Assembly: GCA_964394405.1 (NCBI GenBank)
Contig: CAYMVY010000002.1
Coordinates: 192,092 to 256,091, forward strand
Direction of reading: 5' to 3'
Length of the DNA stretch: 64,000 bases
Origin: an uncultured Gammaproteobacteria bacterium
GTDB taxonomy: Bacteria > Patescibacteriota > Patescibacteriia > Magasanikbacterales > UBA922
In this document: positions 17,360-26,299 of the stretch, piece by piece
Numbering within the stretch: position 1 is the first letter of the stretch
Layout of the letters: every line of letters starts with the position of its first letter
Position numbers and translations under genes: made by a program
The notes under the pieces: generated by a model
What the model was told of the DNA's origin: nothing
The model's input: only the letters and a program-made list of their open reading frames with translations
The model's database searches: none

Positions 17360-18211
17360 TTAATTCTGTGCAATACTTGTCTTTCTCAAATACTTCGTCT
17401 TGATAATCGAATACGTGAATACCATCAAAAATACAATCCCCTGGAACAATACAATCGCTCCACCGGTCGACACGTCGAGGTAATAACTCACATATGAACC
17501 TGCAATCGAACTAACCACACTCACCGTTGTCGCAATACCAAGCATTGTGGGGAAACGTTTGGTCAGGACAAACGCAGTTGCTCCTGGGGTAATAAGCATG
17601 GCAATAACGAGAATAATACCAACAGTCTGAAGTGATACGGTAATCGTAATTGCGAGGAGTACTAGTAAGAAGTAGTGAACCACTTTTGCATTGATGCCGA
17701 TTGACTGCATATGCGTAGCGTCAAAGCAGTACAGTAGCAGAGTGCGTCTGAATGCAATGATGATGAGCGCAACCAGCAGTGAAACCCCCATCGTGTACCA
17801 TGCGGCACTATCTGAAATTCCCAGCACGTATCCAAAGAGTACATGCATCAGATCGACTGAGGAGACTGTTCTAGAAATCAATACCAGACCAAGCGCAAAG
17901 AGCATCGTAAATACAATACCCATGACCGCATCCTCTTTGATCTTGGTGTTTGTTTTGATTCCACCAATGAGAAGCACTGCGAGCAAGGCGAATACAAATG
18001 CTCCAATACTAAAGGGAATTCCAATAATGTATGCAAGTACCACACCTGGTAATACTGCATGCGAAATTGCATCGCCCAACAGTGACCACCCTTTCAAAAT
18101 AAGAAAACATGATAATAGCGCGCATACTGCGCCTACAACCGAAGAAACCAAAATGGCTTTTACCATGAAGGGGTATTGGAGTGGGGTTGTAATTATGTCG
18201 AGGATATTCAT
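17360..18211 (-). CDS. metal ABC transporter permease (ABC-3 family, ZnuB/MntB-like)
   Basis: 8-9 TM helices, ABC-3 signature region; start moved to ATG at 18211 (MNILDIITTP) because the ORF-track TTG start lies inside the repeat element. Confidence 0.8.
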   Translation of the reverse strand: MNILDIITTPLQYPFMVKAILVSSVVGAVCALLSCFLILKGWSLLGDAISHAVLPGVVLAYIIGIPFSIGAFVFALLAVLLIGGIKTNTKIKEDAVMGIVFTMLFALGLVLISRTVSSVDLMHVLFGYVLGISDSAAWYTMGVSLLVALIIIAFRRTLLLYCFDATHMQSIGINAKVVHYFLLVLLAITITVSLQTVGIILVIAMLITPGATAFVLTKRFPTMLGIATTVSVVSSIAGSYVSYYLDVSTGGAIVLFQGIVFLMVFTYSIIKTKYLRKTSIAQN

Positions 18212-18335
18212 AGTGTATAAACTCAAAGCTTAAAACTCAAAACGTAAAACTGTAACTCAAATCTAGAAACTAATTCTTCTATTTAGTTTTAAATTTTTAG
18301 TTGTAATTTTAAGTTTTGACATTTGAGTTTTGATT
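18212..18335. repeat. AT-rich imperfect-palindrome intergenic element ('caaaactcaaa' family)
   Basis: taaactcaaagcttaaaactcaaaacgtaaaactgtaactcaaatc ... agttgtaattttaagttttgacatttgagttttga. Confidence 0.7.
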
Positions 18336-18355
18336 TAAAAAATTACAAAGTCAAT

Positions 18356-19105
18356 TTAGTGATTAAATTGAATATGATGCATCGCTCCATCATATGTTTT
18401 TTCTACTAACTCACGCGTAAACACTTCTTTGGTAGGGCCATACGCAATCACCGTTCTTTTTACCAATGCGATATAATCGCAATATTCTGAAAGCGAGGTG
18501 AGTTCATGTGTAGAAAGAATAATTGTTTTTCCTTCGGACTGGAGTGTGAGTAGTAATTGTGTAAGCGATCGTTCACTCTTGGCATCAACTCCGGCAAATG
18601 GCTCATCAAGTAACAGAATCTCGGCACCATGTGCGAGTGCTCGCGCTACGAATACACGTTTTTTTTGTCCGCCAGATAATTCTCCGATTTGTCGATCTTT
18701 GTATTCAGACATTCCGACTTTTTCAAGTGCACCCTCTACCATTTTTTTGTCTTTTTCAGTCGGGGTACGAAATATATTCTGTGATCCATATCTTCCCATC
18801 ATAACCACATCATACACAGACACTGGAAAATCCCAATCGACCAATTCATTTTGCGGTACATAGGCAACGAGCCCAAGCTTCTGTGCAGTTTTGGGATTTT
18901 TTCCACAGACTAACACGCTACCTTGGTCAGGCTTTACTAATCCCATAATCACTTTGAACAGAGTAGACTTCCCTGCCCCATTCATTCCGATAATTCCAGA
19001 AAAACTTTTATACGGAATTGAAATCGATGTATCACGAAGAGCGATATACTCATGATACTTCACTGATACATCTCTTATTTCTATTGCAAATTTATTTTCT
19101 GACAT
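18356..19105 (-). CDS. metal ABC transporter ATP-binding protein (ZnuC/MntA-like)
   Basis: Walker A GMNGAGKSTL, signature LSGGQKKRVFVARAL, Walker B ILLLDEPFAGVD. Confidence 0.85.
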   Translation of the reverse strand: MSENKFAIEIRDVSVKYHEYIALRDTSISIPYKSFSGIIGMNGAGKSTLFKVIMGLVKPDQGSVLVCGKNPKTAQKLGLVAYVPQNELVDWDFPVSVYDVVMMGRYGSQNIFRTPTEKDKKMVEGALEKVGMSEYKDRQIGELSGGQKKRVFVARALAHGAEILLLDEPFAGVDAKSERSLTQLLLTLQSEGKTIILSTHELTSLSEYCDYIALVKRTVIAYGPTKEVFTRELVEKTYDGAMHHIQFNH

Positions 19106-19112
19106 ACATACA

Positions 19113-20042
19113 TTATTCGCCTTTCAATCCTTTAATAATTGTCTCAACGGTGTGTTCAAGTAATTTCAAATATGTTGGTGCCGGTCCATCTGTAGCTGAT
19201 AATGAATCTACGTAGAGTACGCCTCCCATGCGGCTCCCTGATTCTCGTACTACTTCCTCTTGAATTCTCGGTTCAATCGTACTTTCACAAAATACTGCGG
19301 GAATCTTGTTTTTCTTTACTTCCTCTACCACATACGCAATTTGTTGTGGACTTCCTTGTGATTCATCATTGATTGCCCAGAGATATAATTCTTTCATTCC
19401 ATAATCTTTTGCAAGATAACTAAACGCTCCTTCACAGGTCGTCAAATATCTTTGACTCTCAGGAATTGTTGCAATAGATTCTCGCAATTTTGTATCGAGG
19501 GCTTGTATTTTTTCAGAATAGATTCGTGCTCGTTCGGCAAAATACTCACTATCACTAGGCGAAAGTTCGGCGAGTGCACTTCTAATATTTTCAACATAGG
19601 TAAGAGCTTGCGCAGGAGACATCCATGCGTGTGGATTTGGTTTATCCGCATATACACCTTCTGCGATAGGCACGATTTCAATTCCTTCACTAATCGTCAC
19701 ATGAGGAACGTCAGGAATACTGGTATAGAGTTTATTCGCCCATACTTCCAGATTCATTCCATTATCAAAAATAATATCAGCTTGTGATGCACGAATGAGG
19801 TCCCCTGGGGTTGGTTCATATCCATGAATTTCCACTCCGGGTTTGGTAAGTGAAATGGCTTCGATTCTATCTCCCCCGACTTCACGGACCATGTCTGAAA
19901 TAACGGTGAAGGTGCTAAGTACGGTAAGTTTGTCATTGACAATTTTTTCGCCCGCGACTCTTTTTTCGTGAAAGGCAAAAAATAAGATAGTCACTACAGC
20001 AAGCGCAATCGTAATAAGTAAAAATATTTTATTTTTGTTCAT
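19113..20042 (-). CDS. metal ABC transporter substrate-binding protein (cluster A-I, TroA/ZnuA/MntC-like)
   Basis: N-terminal signal/TM; conserved metal-ligand His contexts (EIHGYEPTP, PHAWMSP). Confidence 0.8.
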   Translation of the reverse strand: MNKNKIFLLITIALAVVTILFFAFHEKRVAGEKIVNDKLTVLSTFTVISDMVREVGGDRIEAISLTKPGVEIHGYEPTPGDLIRASQADIIFDNGMNLEVWANKLYTSIPDVPHVTISEGIEIVPIAEGVYADKPNPHAWMSPAQALTYVENIRSALAELSPSDSEYFAERARIYSEKIQALDTKLRESIATIPESQRYLTTCEGAFSYLAKDYGMKELYLWAINDESQGSPQQIAYVVEEVKKNKIPAVFCESTIEPRIQEEVVRESGSRMGGVLYVDSLSATDGPAPTYLKLLEHTVETIIKGLKGE

Positions 20043-20045
20043 AGT

Positions 20046-20180
20046 CTATTAACTCAAAGCTTAAAACTCAAAACGCAAAACGATAACTTAAGTCTAAAAA
20101 CTAATTATTATATTTAGTTTTTAATTTTTTAGTGTAGTTTTGAGTTTTGAAATTTGAGTTTTGAAATTTGAGTTTTGCGT
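20046..20180. repeat. AT-rich imperfect-palindrome intergenic element ('caaaactcaaa' family); right arm carries an internal tandem duplication
   Basis: aactcaaagcttaaaactcaaaacgcaaaacgataact ... agttttgagttttgaaatttgagttttgaaatttgagttttgcgtt. Confidence 0.7.
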
Positions 20181-20187
20181 TACACGT

Positions 20188-20595
20188 TTACACTTTCTTT
20201 ATCCTCTTCCCATGCGGATCCTTCTTCGGATTCCCCAAAAAATTTGCGAGACGTTTTATTACCTCATCTGAAAATGCATGTTCAAGTCTGTGCGCTTCGT
20301 CATGCACTTTTTCTGGGTCAATGCCCAGGATTGTGTGAAGAAAAAATTCGATGAGACGATGTTTGTAGGTGAGTTTTTCGGCAAGAGTTAATCCTTGCTT
20401 CGTAAGACTGATTCCACCACTTCGGTCGGTTTTTATTAACCGAGCGCGTTCGAGATCGTGAACGCGTTCTGAAACAGTCGATCTAGCGAGACCTAGATAG
20501 CGTGAAATGTCGATAATACGAACCTGTAGTCCCTGTTCATGGAGCGAATATACTGCTCGAACATAATCTTCCCTTGTAGGAGTTGTTTTTCGCAT
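20188..20595 (-). CDS. mntR: DtxR/MntR family metal-dependent transcriptional repressor
   Basis: N-terminal wHTH (ISRYLGLARSTVSERVHDLERARLI), then a metal-binding/dimerisation helix with His/Glu ligands; heads the metal ABC operon. Confidence 0.8.
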   Translation of the reverse strand: MRKTTPTREDYVRAVYSLHEQGLQVRIIDISRYLGLARSTVSERVHDLERARLIKTDRSGGISLTKQGLTLAEKLTYKHRLIEFFLHTILGIDPEKVHDEAHRLEHAFSDEVIKRLANFLGNPKKDPHGKRIKKV

Positions 20596-20604
20596 AAAGC
20601 ACTT

Positions 20605-20622
20605 TGTTCGTATATACGAACA
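20605..20622. promoter_or_regulatory. perfect 18-bp palindrome TGTTCGTATATACGAACA: candidate MntR autoregulatory operator overlapping a -10-like TATATA
   Basis: perfect dyad symmetry 10 nt upstream of the mntR ATG; centre reads as a -10 hexamer. Confidence 0.45.
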
Positions 20623-20806
20623 TCACTATATCACACTTGAACACTCTCGTCAAGGATCGAATTATCCACCAAATAAGCATTGACAAAGTGCTCATTTTGA
20701 GATACCCTTTCTTGAGTTTGACTATGCAGCATTCGCGGCACATCAAACTCTCGAGTCGACCAAAAGGAAGACCGAATTCACAACGACACAAAGGAGTACA
20801 ATCGCC

Positions 20807-21022
20807 ATGCCCAATACCATACAGGACCGGAACTCCAATCGGTACGATCTCCCAGAGTTCCCGAAGCGCGGTTCCCTGCGCCACGACGGCATGACCGCCG
20901 CCTCCACCACCTCCCCGTCCAGCAAACGTGGAGGAGAATACCAGGTCGGCCATGACCCGGAAGAGGAGGTCGAACCCACCCAGATGGTCAACCACTTCTT
21001 CGGCCGGGGACGGAGAGGGTAG
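20807..21022 (+). CDS. hypothetical small protein, GC-rich
   Basis: 71 aa; SD AAGGAG 10 nt upstream; promoter-like TTGACA-17-TACCCT at 20683-20711. Confidence 0.3.
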   Translation: MPNTIQDRNSNRYDLPEFPKRGSLRHDGMTAASTTSPSSKRGGEYQVGHDPEEEVEPTQMVNHFFGRGRRG

Positions 21023-21127
21023 GTCGGTTCGCAAGTTTCGAACGCGTACAACCACATACGGGCCACTCTGGTTCCCGCATGACGGAAGTACGCGTTCGGA
21101 CTCTCTCAAAAACGATATTCATTATTC

Positions 21128-21157
21128 AAACGCCTTATGGGCGATTTTTTGTTTTTT
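21128..21157 (+). terminator. intrinsic terminator (copy 1 of a duplicated terminator)
   Basis: CGCC-ttatg-GGCG followed by ATTTTTTGTTTTTT. Confidence 0.6.
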
Positions 21158-21177
21158 AACCTATCCACCCCCTACTC

Positions 21178-21206
21178 TTGACAGCATATTCACTCTATGC
21201 TAGTAT
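21178..21206 (+). promoter_or_regulatory. sigma70-type promoter TTGACA-17-TAGTAT
   Basis: exact -35 consensus, 17-bp spacer, TAnnnT -10. Confidence 0.55.
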
Positions 21207-21292
21207 CTTTTGAAGTTTGGACTGGCTATGCATTCGCTTGCCATGCGACCAGACTTTTTCTGTGACACCTGCGACGAGACAGGAGAGTCCTC

Positions 21293-21478
21293 ATGAAGGA
21301 TCCCCCGATGACCAGCATCAAGGGAAACAATCCCAACATTCCGGCGATGACGAACGGCAACAACCTCGACCGGCCGATGGACGCCGGCACCAAGAAGAAG
21401 GGCACCGACCGCGACCGCTACGCGCGCGCGAAGAAGATCTCGATGAAGGGGCACGGCGGCTCGAAGCCGGCGGCCTGA
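21293..21478 (+). CDS. hypothetical small basic protein, GC-rich
   Basis: 61 aa; SD GGAGAG 5 nt upstream of the ATG; alternative overlapping 98-aa ORF 21217..21513 is low-complexity. Confidence 0.35.
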   Translation: MKDPPMTSIKGNNPNIPAMTNGNNLDRPMDAGTKKKGTDRDRYARAKKISMKGHGGSKPAA

Positions 21479-21517
21479 TCGAGCGCGGCGAGCGAGCTCC
21501 TACCAACCCCTAGACCA

Positions 21518-21677
21518 AAGGAGGTCCTGGTGCGGAAGTACGCAGTGTTCTAGATGGGCTCACACCGAGCCCTCCTCGGCACCTTCCTAGGGCGACAACG
21601 ACGCCGTCGCCCACAACCTCTCAACGGAGGAAAGATGAGGAAGTACGCAGTGTTCTAGATAGGCTCACACCGAGCCT
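21518..21677 (+). repeat. tandem direct repeat (2 x about 42 bp, period 105 bp), each unit = SD + 7-codon mini-ORF M-R-K-Y-A-V-F + stop + GGCTCACACCGAGCC hairpin
   Basis: AAGGAGGtcctgGTGCGGAAGTACGCAGTGTTCTAGATGGGCTCACACCGAGCC at 21518; GGAGGAAAGATGAGGAAGTACGCAGTGTTCTAGATAGGCTCACACCGAGCC at 21626; both in the same frame. Confidence 0.6.
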
Positions 21678-21817
21678 CCCACGCGCCCGCACGCATCCCC
21701 TACCACGACGCAACCAACGGTACGGGAAATGCTTCGGACGCACCTGGCGCCGCGCCCTCGCATGAACTTCGGTTCAAGCGACGGGTGCGGCGCCAGACAC
21801 TCAATTCAATCATTCTG

Positions 21818-21846
21818 AAAACGCCTTATGGGCGATTTTTTGTTTA
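21818..21846 (+). terminator. intrinsic terminator (copy 2, identical core to 21128..21157)
   Basis: AAACGCCTTATGGGCGATTTTTTGTTT. Confidence 0.6.
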
Positions 21847-21861
21847 TATAAGTGTCTTGCA

Positions 21862-21890
21862 TTGACAGAAAGATATAATTATGCTACACT
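21862..21890 (+). promoter_or_regulatory. sigma70-type promoter TTGACA-17-TACACT upstream of the membrane protein gene
   Basis: exact -35, 17-bp spacer. Confidence 0.45.
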
Positions 21891-22058
21891 CTTCCGTTCG
21901 TCTTTGACGAAAGATCTTTACATGAATTTAGCCATTTCCATGCATTTGGTCAGTATTGTGATATTTCAATTTTTGAATTATTGCACAACTGACTAAAAAG
22001 CTGAGTGGTGAAGTTCACTATTTGGTTCATAAGTCAAAATGTCAGCCAGGAGGCAGAC

Positions 22059-23030
22059 ATGTTCGGTAAGCTCTTCGAGGTGTTCAACATCGAGAAGTGG
22101 TCGGGCCTCGGCCTGACGCTTCTCACCTGTGTTCTTCTCATGACGACTGCTCGTGCGCTTCTTGCGCCGGGTGTCGTCGAGTTCCCTTCCGAGCTCGCCT
22201 CGGATGGTGACTACTGGAGTATGATTGCGATGAGCGCACTGCTCATCGCGGTCGATGCCATGCTGATCGTGCTCGTGTCCTGGTCCTCACTCAACACGCC
22301 GAAAGACGTGATGGGTGTCGCCCTCATGGTCGGGTTGACGCATGTCGTCTTCCCGCTCGTGACCTTCGGCCTCACCGCCGGCGCGACCTTCCTCAGCCAG
22401 CACACGGGCCTCCCGATGTGGTTGGGGCAGGGCATCCTCACGGGCATCTACCTCCTCGCGTTCTACTTCGTTGTGTTCCACCTCCGTGAGGTGCATCGCG
22501 GTATCCGCGAGGGCGAGTCGGACAAGCTCAGCTCGGACCAACCCGCGTTCACGCGAGCGTGGCTGCGGGTGATCTGGCCCATCGTGTTTGCGGTCTCGGT
22601 CGACGCCCTTCTGGTGGGACCGGCTAAGATCGCCTTCATGGCCCGCTACACCGAGACGCAGTTCATGATGAGCTTCGTCTTGATCGGCGGGAGCGTGTTT
22701 GTGCTCGTGATGAGCGCTGGCCTCTTGGTCCTCGCCCTCAAGAAGTGGATCGACAACCACGCGCGGATCTCGAGGAAGGTCCACCAGTTCGACTGGCTTG
22801 GGTCACTCCTCCTCGTCCTCGTCTTCATCCACTTCTCGGTCTTCGCCTTGGTGTACGTGCTCTACACGTTCATCCCGAAGGCATGGATCCTCGAACCCCA
22901 GACCATCTGGAGCGCTACCGGCGCCATCTTCCTCCTCTACCTCATCTTCGGACGAGTGGGGGAGATCAAGAAGGCGAGCCTCGAACGGGCTGGACTGGGT
23001 CCGGCCGAAGTCGAGAATGAAGCAGCCTGA
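22059..23030 (+). CDS. hypothetical polytopic membrane protein, GC-rich (about 58% GC)
   Basis: about 10 TM helices; start set at ATG 22059 preceded by AGGAGG-cagac; the ORF-track start at 22005 lacks an SD. Confidence 0.6.
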   Translation: MFGKLFEVFNIEKWSGLGLTLLTCVLLMTTARALLAPGVVEFPSELASDGDYWSMIAMSALLIAVDAMLIVLVSWSSLNTPKDVMGVALMVGLTHVVFPLVTFGLTAGATFLSQHTGLPMWLGQGILTGIYLLAFYFVVFHLREVHRGIREGESDKLSSDQPAFTRAWLRVIWPIVFAVSVDALLVGPAKIAFMARYTETQFMMSFVLIGGSVFVLVMSAGLLVLALKKWIDNHARISRKVHQFDWLGSLLLVLVFIHFSVFALVYVLYTFIPKAWILEPQTIWSATGAIFLLYLIFGRVGEIKKASLERAGLGPAEVENEAA

Positions 23031-23113
23031 TAGCTGAACCGAACAACAGGTTGGGGACGACATCATCATCACATGCGTGATCGGTGATGCCTGTCCCCTG
23101 CCTTAGTCTACAT

Positions 23114-23170
23114 AAAAAGCAGATAGCTAGTAGCAAAATCTTTGATACTGTACTATCTGCTTTTTTATTT
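23114..23170. terminator. bidirectional intrinsic terminator between convergent genes
   Basis: AAAAAGCAGATAG...28-nt loop...CTATCTGCTTTTTTATTTT. Confidence 0.6.
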
Positions 23171-24135
23171 TACGTCACTACAAAATCTACATTTCTAATA
23201 TCGTATACATTTTTTCCTCCACTATACGAAATCGCACTTTGTAAATCTTCTTCTATTTCTTTGAGTTTCTGTTCATAAGTCATATTATTGCACTCAATAT
23301 GGCGCAAAAACCCTTCCACATGATGATTGGTACCCTTATTATACTCAGAGGCTGAACCAAAATAAATCTTTTTTATTTCCCCATCTACACTAATCGTCTC
23401 ACCTGGAGAATCAATGCAGCTACTAAAAATCCCTCCAGCCATGATGAGGTCTGCTCCTGCATGAATTGCTTTTGCGATATCTCCATTATTTTTGATACTC
23501 CCGTCAGCAATGAGAAGTGTCTTCAGGGAATGTTCTTTTTTTGCTTCACTGCATTCCTTTACACATGAATACATCGGGTATGTGAAACCTGTCTTAAACT
23601 TGGTAGAGCATGCAGATCCGCCACCAATCCCCACTTTTACTGCATCAGCTCCCCAATTACTCAAATCCACAAAAGCCTGTTTACTCGCAACATTCCCTGC
23701 GATAATAAAACAATTTGGGTAATATTTTCTTACGTGTTCCAGAATATTTTTGACAGCTGGACTATGGCCATGTGCAATATCAATCGTAATTGCATCAACT
23801 CGAAAATTTTTATCTTTGAGTGTACGGATACATTCATAATCAGCTTCTTTTACACCGAGAGAAAGTGAGATGAACATATCCTGATTTTTACCCACCCAGT
23901 CTATAATTTCTTCGTATGTATAAAAACGATGCAAAATGTAAAAATAATCATGCGTCGCCATCCATCGAGCAAGCATAAAATCAATCGTGCACTTCATATT
24001 AGCAGGCATGATTGGCAGTCGCCAACGACGGGAAGCAAAGGAAAGTGTTGTATCACACTCTGAACGCGAATTTACTACACACATTTTTGGCACGAGCCAA
24101 ATAGACGAGTATTCGAGTGCTCTATCCATAGACAA
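23170..24135 (-). CDS. guaC: GMP reductase (IMPDH/GMPR family)
   Basis: 321 aa; blocks LPIMPANM, TIDIAHGHS, IIAGNVAS, GADAVKVGIGGGSACSTKFKTG align with E. coli GuaC; no CBS insert. Confidence 0.75.
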   Translation of the reverse strand: MSMDRALEYSSIWLVPKMCVVNSRSECDTTLSFASRRWRLPIMPANMKCTIDFMLARWMATHDYFYILHRFYTYEEIIDWVGKNQDMFISLSLGVKEADYECIRTLKDKNFRVDAITIDIAHGHSPAVKNILEHVRKYYPNCFIIAGNVASKQAFVDLSNWGADAVKVGIGGGSACSTKFKTGFTYPMYSCVKECSEAKKEHSLKTLLIADGSIKNNGDIAKAIHAGADLIMAGGIFSSCIDSPGETISVDGEIKKIYFGSASEYNKGTNHHVEGFLRHIECNNMTYEQKLKEIEEDLQSAISYSGGKNVYDIRNVDFVVT

Positions 24136-24189
24136 GCTTAAAAATAAATAAATTAATGTTTACGTAAAAAAAGGGTTATGATTAACCCT

Positions 24190-26091
24190 TTATTCTACAA
24201 TTGCTTTGATGCGTCTGACTCCCGCACTTACTGCCTCTTCTTTTACTATCTTGAATTTTCCAATCACTCCAGTGTGTTCCACATGCGGGCCTCCGCAGAG
24301 TTCCCGACTGAATGTGGGAGCCGTAGCGTCTGCGACTGGCAACTCTTTTGGATCACCAACACTATACACTTTGACCATATCTTCGTATTTGTCACCAAAG
24401 AGTCCGATTGCTCCTCGTCTTTTTGCTTCCTCAATTGGAATTATTTCGTAGGTCACCGGATAATCACGCTCTATTGCTGAGTTTACCAAATCTTCCACTT
24501 GTTTGATTTGTTCTGATGTCATTTTTTCTCCATGCGCAAAATCAAACCGCAATCGCTCTGGCGTAATATTACTCCCCTTCTGTGTTGCGTGAGGACCTAA
24601 AATTTTTAGAACCGCAGCGTGCAGTAAATGCGTTGCGGTATGATATTTGAGACTCATTTCACTGTGATCAGCCAAGCCACCTTTGAATTTCTGCTCTGAC
24701 CCTGCTCGTGACAAATCCTGATGTTTTTTGAACTCTTCATTATATTCCGCTACATTAATTTCACTTCCTGATATTTGTTTTGCGATTTCGATGGTCAACT
24801 CTTTGGGGAAACCAAAATTCTGATACAGGTCAAACGCATCTTTGCCTGTAACTGTTTTCTTACTATTCAAAATTTTTTCTAACTCTTTGGTTCCTTTCTG
24901 TATTGTCGCTCCAAATTTCTTTTCCTCTTTTTCCATTTCACTTAATATCTTTTCTTTGTTGGTTTCTAAATCTGGATATGCATCTTTGTATACTTCAATA
25001 ATCGATTCCGCAATATCTTTGGTAAAATTCGTCGTAATTTCAAGATTACGCGCGTAGCGAATACTGCGACGAATGAGACGTCTCGTAAAATATCCCTGAT
25101 CTTTGTTGGAAGGCACGACTCCATCACCGATTAAAAATGTTGCTGCACGAAGATGGTCCATGATTACACGAAACGCATAAGTAATTTCGGTAGTCTCTCC
25201 ATATTTTTTTCCAGACACCCCCTCGAGTTTATTCCGCACGCCATCAAATAAATCAATTTTAAATACATCAGGATCACTGCTCCGTGCTGCTGCCATGCGC
25301 TCGAGTCCGCCACCAAAATCCACATTCTGCTGTTTCAATTTTTCAAAACCACTCTCAGTTTTCTGGTATTCCATGAATACATTGTTGCCGATTTCCATGA
25401 ATCGTCCGCAATCACAATTCACGTGACATGGTTCATTTTTCCACGCTGAATTTTCATGTAAACCCATCTCAGCACCAAAATCCCAGAACATCTCAGTGTC
25501 TGGTCCTCCTGGTTCTCCGACTGGCATATTTCCAGGGATCCCACTTCGGCTCCACCAATTTTTCTTTTCAGAATAATAAAAAATTCGCTCTCCAGATCTC
25601 ATTCCATCTTTCTCTGGATTTTCACCAATACTCGCATCAATCCCCCTGTCCGCAAATAATTTTTGCCACAATTCAGCAGATTCAGTATCACGTGGAATAC
25701 CAAGTTCTTCGTTTCCTTTGAAACAGGTGAAATACAAACGATTTGGATCAAGATCAATTTCACTAGTCAAAAATTCCCACATCCAGGAAATTTGTTCTTG
25801 CTTGAAATAATCGCCGAGTGACCAGTTGCCAAGCATTTCGAAGAGGGTGGTATGACGATTGTCCCCCACTTCCTCAATATCTTGTGATCGAAAACATTTT
25901 TGTGAATCAACAATCCTCGTTCCCTTGGGATGCTTTTGTCCCAACAAATACGGCACCATCGGCTGCATTCCTGAGCCAGTAAATAGTGTCGTCGGATCAT
26001 TTTCCGGTAATAACGAAGAAGACGGGATAATTACATGCCCTCTCGCTGCAAAAAAATCTAAGTATTTTTTTCTTAAATCTGTGGTAAGCAT
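24190..26091 (-). CDS. alaS: alanine--tRNA ligase, short form (catalytic plus editing domains; no C-Ala domain)
   Basis: N-terminal class II core MLTTDLRKKYLDFFAARGH...FTGSGMQPM; editing-domain HxxxH...CGGPHV; 633 aa versus about 870 typical. Confidence 0.85.
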   Translation of the reverse strand: MLTTDLRKKYLDFFAARGHVIIPSSSLLPENDPTTLFTGSGMQPMVPYLLGQKHPKGTRIVDSQKCFRSQDIEEVGDNRHTTLFEMLGNWSLGDYFKQEQISWMWEFLTSEIDLDPNRLYFTCFKGNEELGIPRDTESAELWQKLFADRGIDASIGENPEKDGMRSGERIFYYSEKKNWWSRSGIPGNMPVGEPGGPDTEMFWDFGAEMGLHENSAWKNEPCHVNCDCGRFMEIGNNVFMEYQKTESGFEKLKQQNVDFGGGLERMAAARSSDPDVFKIDLFDGVRNKLEGVSGKKYGETTEITYAFRVIMDHLRAATFLIGDGVVPSNKDQGYFTRRLIRRSIRYARNLEITTNFTKDIAESIIEVYKDAYPDLETNKEKILSEMEKEEKKFGATIQKGTKELEKILNSKKTVTGKDAFDLYQNFGFPKELTIEIAKQISGSEINVAEYNEEFKKHQDLSRAGSEQKFKGGLADHSEMSLKYHTATHLLHAAVLKILGPHATQKGSNITPERLRFDFAHGEKMTSEQIKQVEDLVNSAIERDYPVTYEIIPIEEAKRRGAIGLFGDKYEDMVKVYSVGDPKELPVADATAPTFSRELCGGPHVEHTGVIGKFKIVKEEAVSAGVRRIKAIVE

Positions 26092-26121
26092 ACCTGGCTA
26101 ATCCTACAAGAAATCTTCTTT

Positions 26122-26220
26122 TAGCGCAAGTATTTGATCGCAACAAAGACGATAAGTCCAGCAAGCGCTAGGTAGAGCCACGTCTGCGAAAGAAAACTGC
26201 CAATCCAGTTGGTTTCCATA
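26122..26220 (-). CDS. possible small membrane peptide (32 aa)
   Basis: hand translation METNWIGSFLSQTWLYLALAGLIVFVAIKYLR*; single TM helix; no SD. Confidence 0.2.
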
Positions 26221-26299
26221 ATTTGGTTACTTATTTCACTAACGAGTTACATTATCCAAGATAGACAAAGTATAACACAATTTATTTTAAAGAAAAAAA

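Noticed and set aside
20537-21109. 190-aa minus-strand ORF overlapping the mntR start and running into the GC-rich island
   Set aside because: Low-complexity (poly-Gly, Arg/Cys-rich), overlaps a confidently called gene, and lies antisense to SD-led plus-strand ORFs. It is a typical spurious long ORF in GC-rich DNA.
21217-21513. 98-aa plus-strand ORF as the alternative to 21293..21478
   Set aside because: Its translation is extremely Arg/Glu/Asp/His/Gln-rich low-complexity and it lacks an SD. The overlapping 61-aa frame has a GGAGAG SD. Both are kept low-confidence.
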